From a virus (Duplodnaviria; Caudoviricetes), in the IMG/VR virus record IMGVR_UViG_3300012667_000477, positions 1 to 38,445 of that record: a stretch of DNA of 38,445 nt. One strand, given 5' to 3'. The position numbers and the translations under genes are program-made. Under the pieces are notes generated by a model, which was not told where the DNA came from, did no database searches, and saw only the letters and a list, made by a program, of their open reading frames with translations. Below are positions 1 through 8,548 of this stretch, in pieces. The stretch's first letter is position 1. Each line of letters starts with the position of its first letter.

Positions 1-82
1 CGGCTACTGCAACTTCTACGGCGACGGCTACGGCAGCGGCTATGGCTACGGCAGCGGCTACGGCAGCGGCGACGGCAGCGGC
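1..82. repeat. Terminal direct repeat (assembly circularisation overlap), identical to 38364-38445
   Basis: 82-nt exact match including the non-repetitive TGCAACTTC segment; the reading frame runs continuously across the join. Confidence 0.93.
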
Positions 83-151
83 TATGTCAGCGGGTCGATT
101 AGCAGCACATTAAAAATGCGTCATGCGACGGGGGAAGCAAATGACCAATGA
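1..151 (+). CDS. 3' part of the Gly/Tyr/Ser/Asp-repeat protein that starts at 38260 and crosses the junction
   Basis: Frame from nt 2 reads GYCNFYGDGYGSGYGYGSGYGSGDGSGYVSGSISSTLKMRHATGEANDQ, TGA at 149-151. Confidence 0.75.
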   Translation, partial: GYCNFYGDGYGSGYGYGSGYGSGDGSGYVSGSISSTLKMRHATGEANDQ

Positions 152-368
152 TCTTGTGAAGCGGCTGCGCATCCAGACAGAACACGCGAAACGCTTCATA
201 CGCCTGCCGGACGGCCACTTGTACGCAACGTACGAGAACGCCGCAGACCGAATCGAGGAACTGGAGAAGGCGCTGAGAGTGTGGGCGTGTGATTGCGCGG
301 AGCCATGCACGAAAGGCCGCTGCGAAGCATATCAAGCCAAGATGGCACTAGAGAGGGGGAGCAAATGA
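141..368 (+). CDS. Small paralogous-family protein (MTNDLVKRLR...AADRIEELE) with Cys-rich C-terminus
   Basis: GGGGAAG RBS before ATG141; family motifs; ACDC..C....C tail; ATGA overlap with next gene. Confidence 0.8.
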   Translation: MTNDLVKRLRIQTEHAKRFIRLPDGHLYATYENAADRIEELEKALRVWACDCAEPCTKGRCEAYQAKMALERGSK

Positions 369-694
369 CTGACGACATCGTGAAGCGGCTGCGTGAATAT
401 GAGTGGGCGCATACCGTTATCGAAGAAGCCGCAGACCGCATAGAAGAGATGGAAGATATTATCAATCTGCGTCGCCAGTGCGATAAGCGCGCTATCAAAA
501 TGTGGCAGCAAGAAAACCCAGAAGAAGAAAATGAGACATGGCCGGACCATGCGGACTTGTGTTTATGGCTGATGGCTCAGGTCGAGAGGGCACAAGACAC
601 TTTTGCTCGCATTCAATACACAAACCTGCGGCGCGACATGAACATGAAAAACCGCACCATTGAAATTGACAGACTTTGCAAGGGGACAAAATGA
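365..694 (+). CDS. Small paralogous-family protein (MTDDIVKRLR...EAADRIEEME)
   Basis: GGGGGAG RBS; ATGA overlaps at both ends; family motifs. Confidence 0.8.
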   Translation: MTDDIVKRLREYEWAHTVIEEAADRIEEMEDIINLRRQCDKRAIKMWQQENPEEENETWPDHADLCLWLMAQVERAQDTFARIQYTNLRRDMNMKNRTIEIDRLCKGTK

Positions 695-1146
695 TCTTAC
701 CAGCACAAGCAATAAGGAAGATAAAGCCGATCTCGCCGTTCGTTGAGCGCACGGTTCACAAAGGCATGAGCTACGGCCTTTCTCACGCAGGCTATGACGT
801 GAGGATAGAGCAAATCTGTTTTTTAAGCCCGCAAGCATCTTGCTTGGCATCAACGATTGAAGAGTTTTTCATGCCCGACGATCTTGTTGGGTTTGTGCAT
901 GACAAGTCTACTTGGGCTCGCCGTGGCCTGTCACTGTTCAACACAGTGATCGAGCCGGGCTGGAACGGGTTCTTAACTCTGGAACTGGTCAACCATTCTG
1001 ACGAGATGCTGATGATAAACGCTGGCGACCCAATTGCGCAGATCATCTTTATGCGGATGGAAGAGCCAACAGAGAAACCCTACACCGGCAAATACCAGAA
1101 CCAGAAGCGCGGACCGCAGCCTGCAATTATGGAGAAGGGGAAATGA
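691..1146 (+). CDS. dcd: dCTP deaminase / dUTPase-family protein
   Basis: SYGLSHAGYDVR, DKSTWARRG, VIEPGWNGFLTLEL, GDPIAQIIF and YTGKYQNQ motifs. Confidence 0.88.
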   Translation: MILPAQAIRKIKPISPFVERTVHKGMSYGLSHAGYDVRIEQICFLSPQASCLASTIEEFFMPDDLVGFVHDKSTWARRGLSLFNTVIEPGWNGFLTLELVNHSDEMLMINAGDPIAQIIFMRMEEPTEKPYTGKYQNQKRGPQPAIMEKGK

Positions 1147-1328
1147 CCAATAATCTTGTGGAGCGGTTGAGGAGGTGGCCAATTGGACTTAACCAAGAAG
1201 CCGCCGACCGCATAGAGGAGCTGGAGGAGGCTTTAGGCTCCCTATTGTATGGAGTGGGCGAAAACGGAGCGCCGGACGAGCTTCTTGAGACCGCCAAGGA
1301 TGCGCTGAAGGGGACGAAATATGAGTGA
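1143..1328 (+). CDS. Small paralogous-family protein (MTNNLVERLR...EAADRIEELE)
   Basis: ATGA overlap with dcd; family motifs. Confidence 0.8.
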   Translation: MTNNLVERLRRWPIGLNQEAADRIEELEEALGSLLYGVGENGAPDELLETAKDALKGTKYE

Positions 1329-1542
1329 CGATCTTGTAAAGCGGCTGCGTGAGTACGCAGAAAATGATGTTGGGCTCTCGGGTGACGAACTCAAAGCCTT
1401 CAACGACGTAGCCGACCGCATCGAGGATTTGAAGGTCGCCATCGAGCGCATTGCAAACCATCACCCCGAGATCACGCACGCATGGGCGGAGGATGTGCGG
1501 CAGATTGCTCGGCGTGCATTATGGGGTGGCAAGCATGAATGA
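1321..1542 (+). CDS. Small paralogous-family protein (MSDDLVKRLR...VADRIEDLK)
   Basis: Family motifs; overlaps both neighbours. Confidence 0.8.
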   Translation: MSDDLVKRLREYAENDVGLSGDELKAFNDVADRIEDLKVAIERIANHHPEITHAWAEDVRQIARRALWGGKHE

Positions 1543-2029
1543 GGAGCGAGACGCAGAAATCATCAAGCTGTGGAACGAGAACCTTTCAGCAAAAGTGATC
1601 GGGGAACAGCTCGGGATCACCAAGAATATCGTCATAGGCATTGTGACGCGTGCAAGGCCGCTGGGACTAATTACAAGAGCAAGCGGGCCAAGCCTGCGGG
1701 AAAGGATGGACAAAGCAAAAGCAAAGAGGAAGCGGCAGCAAAAGCGCAGAGACAGCATCGTCAAGTTGCCAGTCATAGCAAAGCCAATGGTTGAGCATAC
1801 AGGGCCGATTGTGGGGATTCCGTTTGCGGAGCTTGGGCTATCATCCTGCCGGTTTCCGACGACAAGCATCGACAGCGACCACTACTTTTGCGGGGAGCCG
1901 AAAAAGGACAAGAGCAGCTATTGCCAGAAACACCATGACCTTTGCTGGATAAAGATAACTGGCAAAAGGGCATTAAGGACACAGGCGCAGACAAGATCAA
2001 AGAGCTTGATGCAATTCATGAGGGCGTGA
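1535..2029 (+). CDS. gcrA: GcrA-like cell-cycle regulator
   Basis: N-terminal HTH (KLWNENLSAKVIGEQLGITKNIVIGIVTR) and C-terminal CRFP...YFCG...SYCQKH, typical of the GcrA family. Confidence 0.85.
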   Translation: MNEERDAEIIKLWNENLSAKVIGEQLGITKNIVIGIVTRARPLGLITRASGPSLRERMDKAKAKRKRQQKRRDSIVKLPVIAKPMVEHTGPIVGIPFAELGLSSCRFPTTSIDSDHYFCGEPKKDKSSYCQKHHDLCWIKITGKRALRTQAQTRSKSLMQFMRA

Positions 2030-2030
2030 G

Positions 2031-2267
2031 ATGGGAACGAAGTCAGTATACTGGAGAGACCACGAAGACCTTTATCTTGAGGAAAACTACAGCGGGCCTA
2101 GCTCTATTCCAGAACTTGCAAAAGCTCTTGGCCGAACTGAGTTCGCAACAGAGCGCCGGGCGAAGATGCTGATTGTCAGCTCACCGGAGAAGAAGAGAGA
2201 GGCTGAAATTGTTTCTTGCAACCGGCACCTTGCAGACCTGATGCGCGAGGGCTCTCGGTGGAGATAG
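2031..2267 (+). CDS. Hypothetical protein, probable small HTH/Myb-like DNA-binding domain
   Basis: W...EDLYL...Y...ELAKALGRT..A...RA pattern. Confidence 0.6.
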   Translation: MGTKSVYWRDHEDLYLEENYSGPSSIPELAKALGRTEFATERRAKMLIVSSPEKKREAEIVSCNRHLADLMREGSRWR

Positions 2268-2350
2268 AAACGCACAACTGAAGTGGCGGACATCTATTGG
2301 AGACACCCGCCTTACGTGACAAAAGGAATTGACGAAACGAGGGCCAGAGA

Positions 2351-3157
2351 ATGAGAAACGAGCTTATAGATGATATGCCTGCCACTGATTACCACAAGAT
2401 TGAAGCGCTTTCGGCGTCTGGAGCCAAGTCTCTGCTACGGTCACCTGCTCACTTTGTGGCGATGAAGGAGACGTTTAAAGAGCCGACTCCTGCGATGAGA
2501 CTAGGTACTGCGGTCCATACGATGATCCTAGAGCCTGAGCTATTCGACGCAGAAATCGCAGTTATGCCAAAGTTCGATAAGCGCACGAACCTTGGCAAGA
2601 AGGCCATTGAAGAGTGGGCGGAGGAGCAGAAGGGAAAGTGCATTATCGACCACTATCAGCATGAGCGCGCAAAGCAGATTGCTGAAAGCGTTTGGGCTCA
2701 TCCATTCTTCAAGGAGCGCGTTCATTCTGGCAAGGCCGAACAAACGCTTCTTTGGGAGCAGTACGGAGTTCAGTGCAAGGCTCGTTTGGACTATTGCCGG
2801 GATAACACGATCTTTGACGTAAAGACCTGTCAGGATGCTTCGCCTGAAGGCTTTGCAAAGCAGATCGCCAACTTCCAGTACCATGTTCAGGCGGCTCACT
2901 ATTCGATGGGCTTTCGGCGTATCAAAGGTGAGAAGCTGGATCGCTTCATCTTCATTGCTGTGGAGTCCGACTTTCCGCATATGGTCGGCGTCTATACACT
3001 TGACCGCACGTCTCTGATGGCTGGCCAAATGAAGATGGAAGCCGCAGCAAAGGCCTATAGGCAAGTTCTGGACGGGTCTTCAGATCGAAACTATTCAAGC
3101 CGCGTTGTTGAATTGAGCGTGCCCACTTGGGCCTTGCCAGAACCATTCTCACGGTGA
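2351..3157 (+). CDS. PD-(D/E)XK exonuclease, RecE/exonuclease VIII-like
   Basis: YH...LSASGAK, GTAVH..ILEP, CKARLD, FDVKT, YHVQAAHY, FIFIAVE motifs. Confidence 0.88.
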   Translation: MRNELIDDMPATDYHKIEALSASGAKSLLRSPAHFVAMKETFKEPTPAMRLGTAVHTMILEPELFDAEIAVMPKFDKRTNLGKKAIEEWAEEQKGKCIIDHYQHERAKQIAESVWAHPFFKERVHSGKAEQTLLWEQYGVQCKARLDYCRDNTIFDVKTCQDASPEGFAKQIANFQYHVQAAHYSMGFRRIKGEKLDRFIFIAVESDFPHMVGVYTLDRTSLMAGQMKMEAAAKAYRQVLDGSSDRNYSSRVVELSVPTWALPEPFSR

Positions 3158-3160
3158 TCC

Positions 3161-3364
3161 ATGAAAAAGAAAGAAATACTAAAGCTTCTTGAGAAGCGTA
3201 GGCTTGGGTATGGAATATCAAAGCGTGAGTTCTCCATTCGCGCCAAGCTGTCCCATGCAACCTACGCGTCGCTCTTTAAGCCTAGGCATGAAATGAGCCT
3301 GCGGGTTGCAACTGCAATGCTCAAAAGCGTCGGGGCAAGGCTGGAGATCGTTGATGAAACCTAG
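3161..3364 (+). CDS. XRE/Cro-like HTH protein
   Basis: RRLGYGISKREFSIRAKLSHATY...ML..VGARLEIV; 67 aa, basic. Confidence 0.7.
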   Translation: MKKKEILKLLEKRRLGYGISKREFSIRAKLSHATYASLFKPRHEMSLRVATAMLKSVGARLEIVDET

Positions 3365-3842
3365 CTCCTGCATCATTTGCAGCATAGACCCGGGCGCTAA
3401 GGGGGCGCTTGCGTTCTTCAATCCCGCAACGGGCGCTTTGGAGCTGGTGGATATGCCAACCGTTGAAGTAAAGCGCGGCGTGAAGACGAAGAACGAAATC
3501 AGCCCGCAGATGCTTGCAGGGATTATCAAGGCTCGGTCGCCTTCTGAGGCGGTTGTGGAAAAGGTTGGAGCTATGCCGGGACAGGGTGTCTCGTCTATGT
3601 TTCAATTTGGGCGCGGCGTTGGGATGCTTGAAGGGGTTCTGGCAGCGCTGGAGATTCCTGTCACCTATGTTGCGCCGCAGAAGTGGCAGAAAGACGTTGG
3701 GGCAAGGTCTGGAAAGGACGGAAACCGGCAGCGTGCTGCGGAGCTATTCCCGGCTTATGCTTCCAGCTTTGCTCGGGTGAAGGATGATGGGCGGGCAGAT
3801 GCGGCGCTCATGGCATGGTGGAGGGCGACAAATGGTAAGTGA
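3354..3842 (+). CDS. RuvC-like Holliday junction resolvase
   Basis: IDPGAKGALA, VVEKV, PGQGVSSMFQFG and DGRADAAL motifs. Confidence 0.85.
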   Translation: MKPSSCIICSIDPGAKGALAFFNPATGALELVDMPTVEVKRGVKTKNEISPQMLAGIIKARSPSEAVVEKVGAMPGQGVSSMFQFGRGVGMLEGVLAALEIPVTYVAPQKWQKDVGARSGKDGNRQRAAELFPAYASSFARVKDDGRADAALMAWWRATNGK

Positions 3843-4071
3843 TTACGAAAAGGCTCACCCAAATTCTGTGGCTTTGGCGTTCAAAGCATTGGAGCAATTC
3901 GATGGCCATCCTGTTGAGATTGCCCTTCCCGCGCTCATAGTCTTGGTGTCCGAAATCGTCTCGCAGCTTACCGACGACAGCCGAGAGGTTGAGAAGATCA
4001 TGCAAGGCATCGCTGATTCGGTGTTTATGAACTGCGCTGAGATTGAGAAAAGCGTCAGCACCGTCAACTAA
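3832..4071 (+). CDS. Hypothetical protein
   Basis: GGAGG RBS; fills the gap in the operon. Confidence 0.65.
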   Translation: MVSDYEKAHPNSVALAFKALEQFDGHPVEIALPALIVLVSEIVSQLTDDSREVEKIMQGIADSVFMNCAEIEKSVSTVN

Positions 4072-4095
4072 TCCCCGCCTTGGGGGTTCCAAGGC
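4070..4095 (+). promoter_or_regulatory. Overlapping stem-loops / possible pseudoknot upstream of the SSB-like gene
   Basis: AATCCCC/GGGGGTT and GCCTTGG/CCAAGGC pairings interlock. Confidence 0.45.
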
Positions 4096-4118
4096 ATAAA
4101 GCAGAGAAAGTCAAGAAC

Positions 4119-4739
4119 ATGGCACTTGGTATGAAGTTCGACACGTCCGGCACTGGTCGTAAGTATATTCCCTTTGTGAAGTTTGACGCGAAGTCAGGCG
4201 ATTTTCTAATCGTCAACAGCGTGCCGCAGTCGGACGGGACATGGGAAAAGTCTGAAATCGAGCTTAAGCTTCCGACTCATGCCGTCTGCGACTTCGCAAA
4301 CATCGAAATCGGCTGGATCGGGTTTATCGACGGCAAGTTCGAGCATGTAATGGCCAAGGCAGGGGAAAAAATGCCAGCCTGTCCTAGCCAAGAGCATAAG
4401 CAGGGCATACGCCTGCGCATGTTCTTTAAGGAGCATGGCTTGCGCGAGTTCACGCACACGTCAAAGAATGTCCTTCGCGTGATCGACGCTATTCACACCG
4501 AGTTCGAAGCCGGAGCTGCGGCAAACCCCGGCAAGCTTCCGGTTATTGCGATCACTGGCACCGAAACCATCAAGATGCAAACCAAGCAGGGCGAACTTCG
4601 CTTCAAGGTTCCTGCTATGGAGATTGCAAAGTGGGTGGAGATGCCGGTGGAAATGAAGGAAGCTGCGGCTTCTGCCCCTGAGCCTGCAAAGGTTTCGTCG
4701 CAAGCCAAGCCTGTTGCGGATATTGACGACGACTTCTAA
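4119..4739 (+). CDS. Putative single-stranded DNA-binding protein
   Basis: Lies between resolvase and primase-helicase; beta-rich body, flexible Ala/Pro linker, acidic tail ending DIDDDF. Confidence 0.6.
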   Translation: MALGMKFDTSGTGRKYIPFVKFDAKSGDFLIVNSVPQSDGTWEKSEIELKLPTHAVCDFANIEIGWIGFIDGKFEHVMAKAGEKMPACPSQEHKQGIRLRMFFKEHGLREFTHTSKNVLRVIDAIHTEFEAGAAANPGKLPVIAITGTETIKMQTKQGELRFKVPAMEIAKWVEMPVEMKEAAASAPEPAKVSSQAKPVADIDDDF

Positions 4740-4746
4740 TAAAAAC

Positions 4747-4782
4747 GGGGGCGATGGGCGGGAGAAGCTCACCATCGCCCCC
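4747..4782. terminator. GC-rich hairpin (terminator or processing site)
   Basis: GGGGGCGATGG / CCATCGCCCCC 11-bp stem, preceded by an A-run (a U-tract on the minus strand). Confidence 0.55.
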
Positions 4783-4813
4783 TAGCCGCGCAGGAAGGGG
4801 AAGGGACACGGCA

Positions 4814-7084
4814 ATGTCGAGTATATCAGAAAACAAATTCAGTCATAGCACTTCCATTACTTTAGGCATTGCCACGGGCGGCGCTACAGACGTTAAGCTC
4901 AAGCCTACTTTGTTCTCTTGGAGCGCATTCAAGGACCGGCTTCGTTCGCCTCGTATCGGGGAGAAGGGTGGCAGCTATTACATCCGAGGCGGCGACCTGA
5001 TCGAGAACAAGCGCTCAGATGAAAACCTTCGCACTGGTGAATTGATCGTCTTGGATGGCGATTGCAGCTTCGACCCTGAAACCGGTGAGATCATAAACGG
5101 GGCTCCCGATCTTAATCTGGTTTGCGCTGCGCTCACTGAGATGAACATCACGTTTTGCGCTCATACGTCCCACAGCTACGTGCCTGGTTCAATCTGGAAG
5201 TATCGGGTTCTGATACCGGCAAAGCTTGACAGCGGTGAGACCCTGACAGCCTGCGTCAACTATTTGATCGACAGCCTTGTTGCGCGAGGGATCCACCTTG
5301 CGGACGTGCCGGAGAACCATCGCTGGTCGCAGCCTTGGTTTACGTCTCGCGTCAAGGATCGCCGTGCGGCTGAAGAGTTCTTATTTTTCGAACATACTGG
5401 CGATGTCTTCGACACATACGGCGCAGTATTATGGAACGATAAGCGTGTCTTGGCGGCCGAGGCTACGGAGAAAGCTAGGGCATGGCCTTTGGAAGCGGGG
5501 GCAAGATATAGTGGCGGGGCTATTAATGACTTTAACAAGTCCGCAAGCCTAAGCTATGTCCGCGGCGTTCTTGAGGGCGCAGGATATCGCTTTGGTTACT
5601 TCGACCGCACCCATGATGCTTACCGCTACATGCGCCCAGGCTCGTCGACCAAGACCTTTGGAGTCGTGCTATTTAAAGGGTCGCTTGGGGACTGGTGTAC
5701 GTACTCGCATCACGGCAGCGCAGATAGGCTATCTGGAAAGGTCTGCGATCCGTTCCAGCTCGTGGCTGAATTGCGCTATGGCGGTGATCTGAAAGCTGCG
5801 GCAGCTGGCGTGTTGAAGAAGGCGGAAAAGCCGTCGGTCGTGGAGCAACTCGCACAACGCGCAGAGCAACGTAACCTTGAGCGAGAGACAGAGGCGTACA
5901 ATTTGGAAGGCGTGGAGACAGAGGCGCCAGCCTCTAGTGATCCAACCATGTTCGATGCTGGACCGGCAAAGGAGTCGGAGAAGGTTAAGCGCCGCATAGA
6001 GCTTATCAAGTGGGGGGAGTTGCGCGACGAGCCTATCCGTTGGACGATTAAGGATATTCTGCCAGCCAACAGCTTCTGCGCTCTCTACGGGCACCCCGGA
6101 TCATACAAGAGCTTTGCAGCCTTCTATCTTGCGTGCTGCATCGCTGGCGGCCTCGAAGCGTTTGGAAAGCCCAGCGTGCAAGGTCCGGTTGTGTACATAG
6201 CGCTGGAAGGTGGAGCAGGCCTGAAGCGTCGGCGGGATGCTCTTAAGAAGTCAATGGGCCTGCCCGAGGACTTGCCGTTGTATTTTATCAAGACGCAACT
6301 AAACCTTGGCAGTACTTTAGAGGATCGTGACGCAGTGGTCGCTGAAATCCTGCGCCTAGATGTCAAGCCCTCTCTCGTCATTATTGATACGTTCGCCAGA
6401 GCGACGCCAGGATTAGAGGAAAACAGTGCGAAGGACGTAGGCTCGGCGATCACGATTATGTCATCAATGCAGGATGATCTAGGGTGCGGCGTGCTTATCA
6501 TTCACCATTCCGGCAAGGATCAGGCGAGGGGTATGCGCGGTAGCTCTGCCTTGCTGGGTGCGGTTGACCTTGAACTTGAGTGCCAAAAGATAAGTGCAGA
6601 AGGCTCAACGGACCGCGTCGGCAAGCTCACGATCACAAAGCAAAAGGATGGCGAGGACGGAATCGTTCTTGGCTACCGAATGGACGTCGTGGCGCTATCG
6701 CAGATTGATCCGGAGGCTACATCTTTGGCACTTGTTCCGATTGACGAGAAAGAACTCCAAACTGCATCGACGCCTAAATCAGCCAAGGCTGAAAAGCTGC
6801 GGGCCGATGCTAAGGTTGCCATGCAGGCTTTAGATCAGGCCATTTCAGAACACGGGGAGCAGCCGCCCATAGGTGACAGAGCGCCAAGAGGAACCAAAGC
6901 CGTGCGAGAAGCCTTGTGGCGTGATTATTGGCGCAAGATCACAACAAAAGAGGGCGGATCGGAGCGTACCGGTTGGGCAAGAGCAAAAGAAAATCTTGTG
7001 GAAGGATGCAAAGCAGCTCACTGGGGCGAATATTGGTGGATCATCAAGGACGAAGAAAAGCCCTCTATTCCGTTTGAGGATTAG
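4814..7084 (+). CDS. Primase-helicase (N-terminal prim-pol-like domain, C-terminal AAA_25/RepA-type helicase)
   Basis: LIVLDGD, HTSHS and YRVLIP primase-type motifs; Walker A GHPGSYKS, Walker B IIDT, HHSGK...RGSSAL. Confidence 0.87.
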   Translation: MSSISENKFSHSTSITLGIATGGATDVKLKPTLFSWSAFKDRLRSPRIGEKGGSYYIRGGDLIENKRSDENLRTGELIVLDGDCSFDPETGEIINGAPDLNLVCAALTEMNITFCAHTSHSYVPGSIWKYRVLIPAKLDSGETLTACVNYLIDSLVARGIHLADVPENHRWSQPWFTSRVKDRRAAEEFLFFEHTGDVFDTYGAVLWNDKRVLAAEATEKARAWPLEAGARYSGGAINDFNKSASLSYVRGVLEGAGYRFGYFDRTHDAYRYMRPGSSTKTFGVVLFKGSLGDWCTYSHHGSADRLSGKVCDPFQLVAELRYGGDLKAAAAGVLKKAEKPSVVEQLAQRAEQRNLERETEAYNLEGVETEAPASSDPTMFDAGPAKESEKVKRRIELIKWGELRDEPIRWTIKDILPANSFCALYGHPGSYKSFAAFYLACCIAGGLEAFGKPSVQGPVVYIALEGGAGLKRRRDALKKSMGLPEDLPLYFIKTQLNLGSTLEDRDAVVAEILRLDVKPSLVIIDTFARATPGLEENSAKDVGSAITIMSSMQDDLGCGVLIIHHSGKDQARGMRGSSALLGAVDLELECQKISAEGSTDRVGKLTITKQKDGEDGIVLGYRMDVVALSQIDPEATSLALVPIDEKELQTASTPKSAKAEKLRADAKVAMQALDQAISEHGEQPPIGDRAPRGTKAVREALWRDYWRKITTKEGGSERTGWARAKENLVEGCKAAHWGEYWWIIKDEEKPSIPFED

Positions 7085-7121
7085 AGGGCTTTGAGGGTCT
7101 TATGTGGCTGTAGCCTATGGG

Positions 7122-7370
7122 CTACATTTGGCCCGGCGACACACTGATTGGTGTTTTTATCTTAGACTTGGCCTTGTTAGCATTACGCTTCGCGCGTCGT
7201 GCTTTCAAGGCCATTGTTATTTGAGCTACAGCGCCCACCGATAGGTTGGCCGTTGACCTTGTATCGCACCAGCGCCTAACTGTTCGCTCATTGGCTCCAG
7301 CAAGCCTTGCAAGCTCCAGCTGGCTAATGCAGAGACGTGCAAGCTCTTCCCTCAACTCTTGCGGCGTCAT
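7122..7370 (-). CDS. XRE-family HTH protein
   Basis: MTPQELREELARLCISQLELARLAGANERTVRRW. Confidence 0.8.
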   Translation of the reverse strand: MTPQELREELARLCISQLELARLAGANERTVRRWCDTRSTANLSVGAVAQITMALKARRAKRNANKAKSKIKTPISVSPGQM

Positions 7371-7537
7371 GTGTTGCCCCTTGCGCCCTTAATGGCCCGA
7401 ATTGCGTTTGCGTACACGTCCGGGTGAATATGCTCAGTAGGGATCGTCTTAATCATGCGCTCCAAAGCCGTGAGAAGCTCAGGGGCGGCAGCTTGCAGGG
7501 TTTCGCGCTTATGGTCGTCTGATTGGGAGTTGCTCAT
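7367..7537 (-). CDS. Small hypothetical phage protein (56 aa, not in ORF track)
   Basis: Manual translation MSNSQSDDHKRETLQAAAPELLTALERMIK...ARGNT; AAAPELL.AL motif common in phages; ATGA overlap with the HTH gene. Confidence 0.75.
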   Translation of the reverse strand: MSNSQSDDHKRETLQAAAPELLTALERMIKTIPTEHIHPDVYANAIRAIKGARGNT

Positions 7538-7540
7538 TGT

Positions 7541-7816
7541 CTAGGCTTCCTCTTGTTCTGGATAGGCTTCCATCATGCGCTTGGCGATTTCATAAAAGTT
7601 CACTTGAAGCAAAAACGCGCGAGCCCAACCACGGGCAAATCCTTGCGTGTTTTCGTTAACATAATCTTGAGCATAGCCTCGCAGGCACTCGGTAAGGTCT
7701 CCAACGTCGATCCACTCATCTTCAAAAATTTCGTTAGGGTCCATCTTGCTGAAAAGCTCGCTATTGACCTGCCAAGTTGAGAAGTTAGGCCAGCCGTTAT
7801 ATCCAAATTCGCGCAT
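7541..7816 (-). CDS. Conserved hypothetical phage protein
   Basis: GGGGAAG RBS; YNGWPNFSTWQVN N-terminal motif and VNFYEIA. Confidence 0.75.
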   Translation of the reverse strand: MREFGYNGWPNFSTWQVNSELFSKMDPNEIFEDEWIDVGDLTECLRGYAQDYVNENTQGFARGWARAFLLQVNFYEIAKRMMEAYPEQEEA

Positions 7817-7838
7817 TTTCTTCCCCTGTGATTGCGAT

Positions 7839-8219
7839 TCAGTAAACCGGAATGCCGCGTGAATAGTAGGCGTCGGCATCTTTGCCAGCTGGAACGTCGT
7901 CGGGGCGGAGCAGGTAAAGAGCGCATCCGCGCGGGTCGCCTTGGACAAAGGTCTTAAGTTCTGGATAGCACGCCATGATCTTCTCAAGCCGCTTCAGCGC
8001 GCCACGCTCACGATCAGGAGCGCGGCAAATTTTGCGACCTGTGTTCGTGTTATGCCAGAACGGAAGCCCGTCTCCACGGTCGCCGTCGCGCTGGATTGCG
8101 CCATTGCATTCATGCTCATACCAGCGGCGGAGCGTCATGCTAATCCGGCGCAACGTCTTTGCGTCTTCAAAGGCTACGCCTACGCTGGCGATCTGGCCAA
8201 GGTTGTTTGAGTTGCTCAT
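7839..8219 (-). CDS. Conserved hypothetical phage protein
   Basis: RBS; LRRISMTLRRWYEHECNG, PDRERGALKRL and QGDPRGCALY motifs; first gene after a promoter. Confidence 0.78.
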   Translation of the reverse strand: MSNSNNLGQIASVGVAFEDAKTLRRISMTLRRWYEHECNGAIQRDGDRGDGLPFWHNTNTGRKICRAPDRERGALKRLEKIMACYPELKTFVQGDPRGCALYLLRPDDVPAGKDADAYYSRGIPVY

Positions 8220-8265
8220 TGTGTCTTCCCCTTGTTTGCGCCATGTGCGCCGAATCAACAAAACC

Positions 8266-8295
8266 AGAATAGGCCAGCTCGCCCTATGCTGTCAA
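8266..8295 (-). promoter_or_regulatory. Sigma70-like promoter of the 8219-7122 operon
   Basis: TTGACA-18 nt-TATTCT on the minus strand; spacer contains AGGGCGAG. Confidence 0.7.
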
Positions 8296-8367
8296 CTACC
8301 ATTTGCAATAAGGCTGAAAACGTGCGAAAGTTTTTTCGCGGAAAAGGATGGTTGCAGCTTGGTCTTG

Positions 8368-8520
8368 AGCGTTACAAAAAGCGTATCAAAAAGCGTCACA
8401 AGCGTATCAAAAAAAGTGGCGCGGCATAAGCTAAAGCGTTACGTATCAACACAAACACTATAGTGTTGTGTTGATACGCTCGCAAAAGCCGGGGAAAGCG
8501 TATCAAAAATTCTGTAACGC
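8368..8520. repeat. Iteron/palindrome element, copy 1 (candidate replication origin)
   Basis: Several AGCGTATCAAAA / AGCGTTACA repeats around a 37-bp near-perfect palindrome at 8442-8478. Confidence 0.85.
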
Positions 8521-8548
8521 ATGAGCTTAACAGTAAGGGGAAGAGAAC

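Noticed and set aside
1-82. 82-bp terminal repeat as a biological DTR
   Set aside because: It lies inside an ORF and a low-complexity repeat, far from the terminase region; best explained as assembler overlap of a circular or permuted genome
335-368. Shared C-terminal A..ALEG-like endings as an independent protein motif
   Set aside because: Partly forced by the overlapping Shine-Dalgarno of the next gene and also seen in unrelated genes, so weak evidence on its own
4747-4782. tRNA or other structured RNA gene in intergenic hairpins
   Set aside because: Single stem-loops only; no cloverleaf or T-loop consensus found by eye (a covariance-model scan was not possible)
8442-8478. Palindrome as a protelomerase (hairpin telomere) site; its arms loosely recall the N15 telRL outer arms
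   Set aside because: No protelomerase or tyrosine-recombinase-like ORF was recognised, there are two copies, and no partition genes are present; kept only as a remote alternative
8368-8520. Short repeats as a CRISPR or mini-CRISPR array
   Set aside because: Repeats are ~12 nt, irregularly spaced and partly inverted, with no unique 25-40 nt spacers and no cas genes
7122-8548. Lysogeny switch or integration module suggested by divergent transcription and HTH genes
   Set aside because: No integrase, no CI-like repressor with a peptidase domain and no att-like context recognised; lifestyle cannot be determined from this
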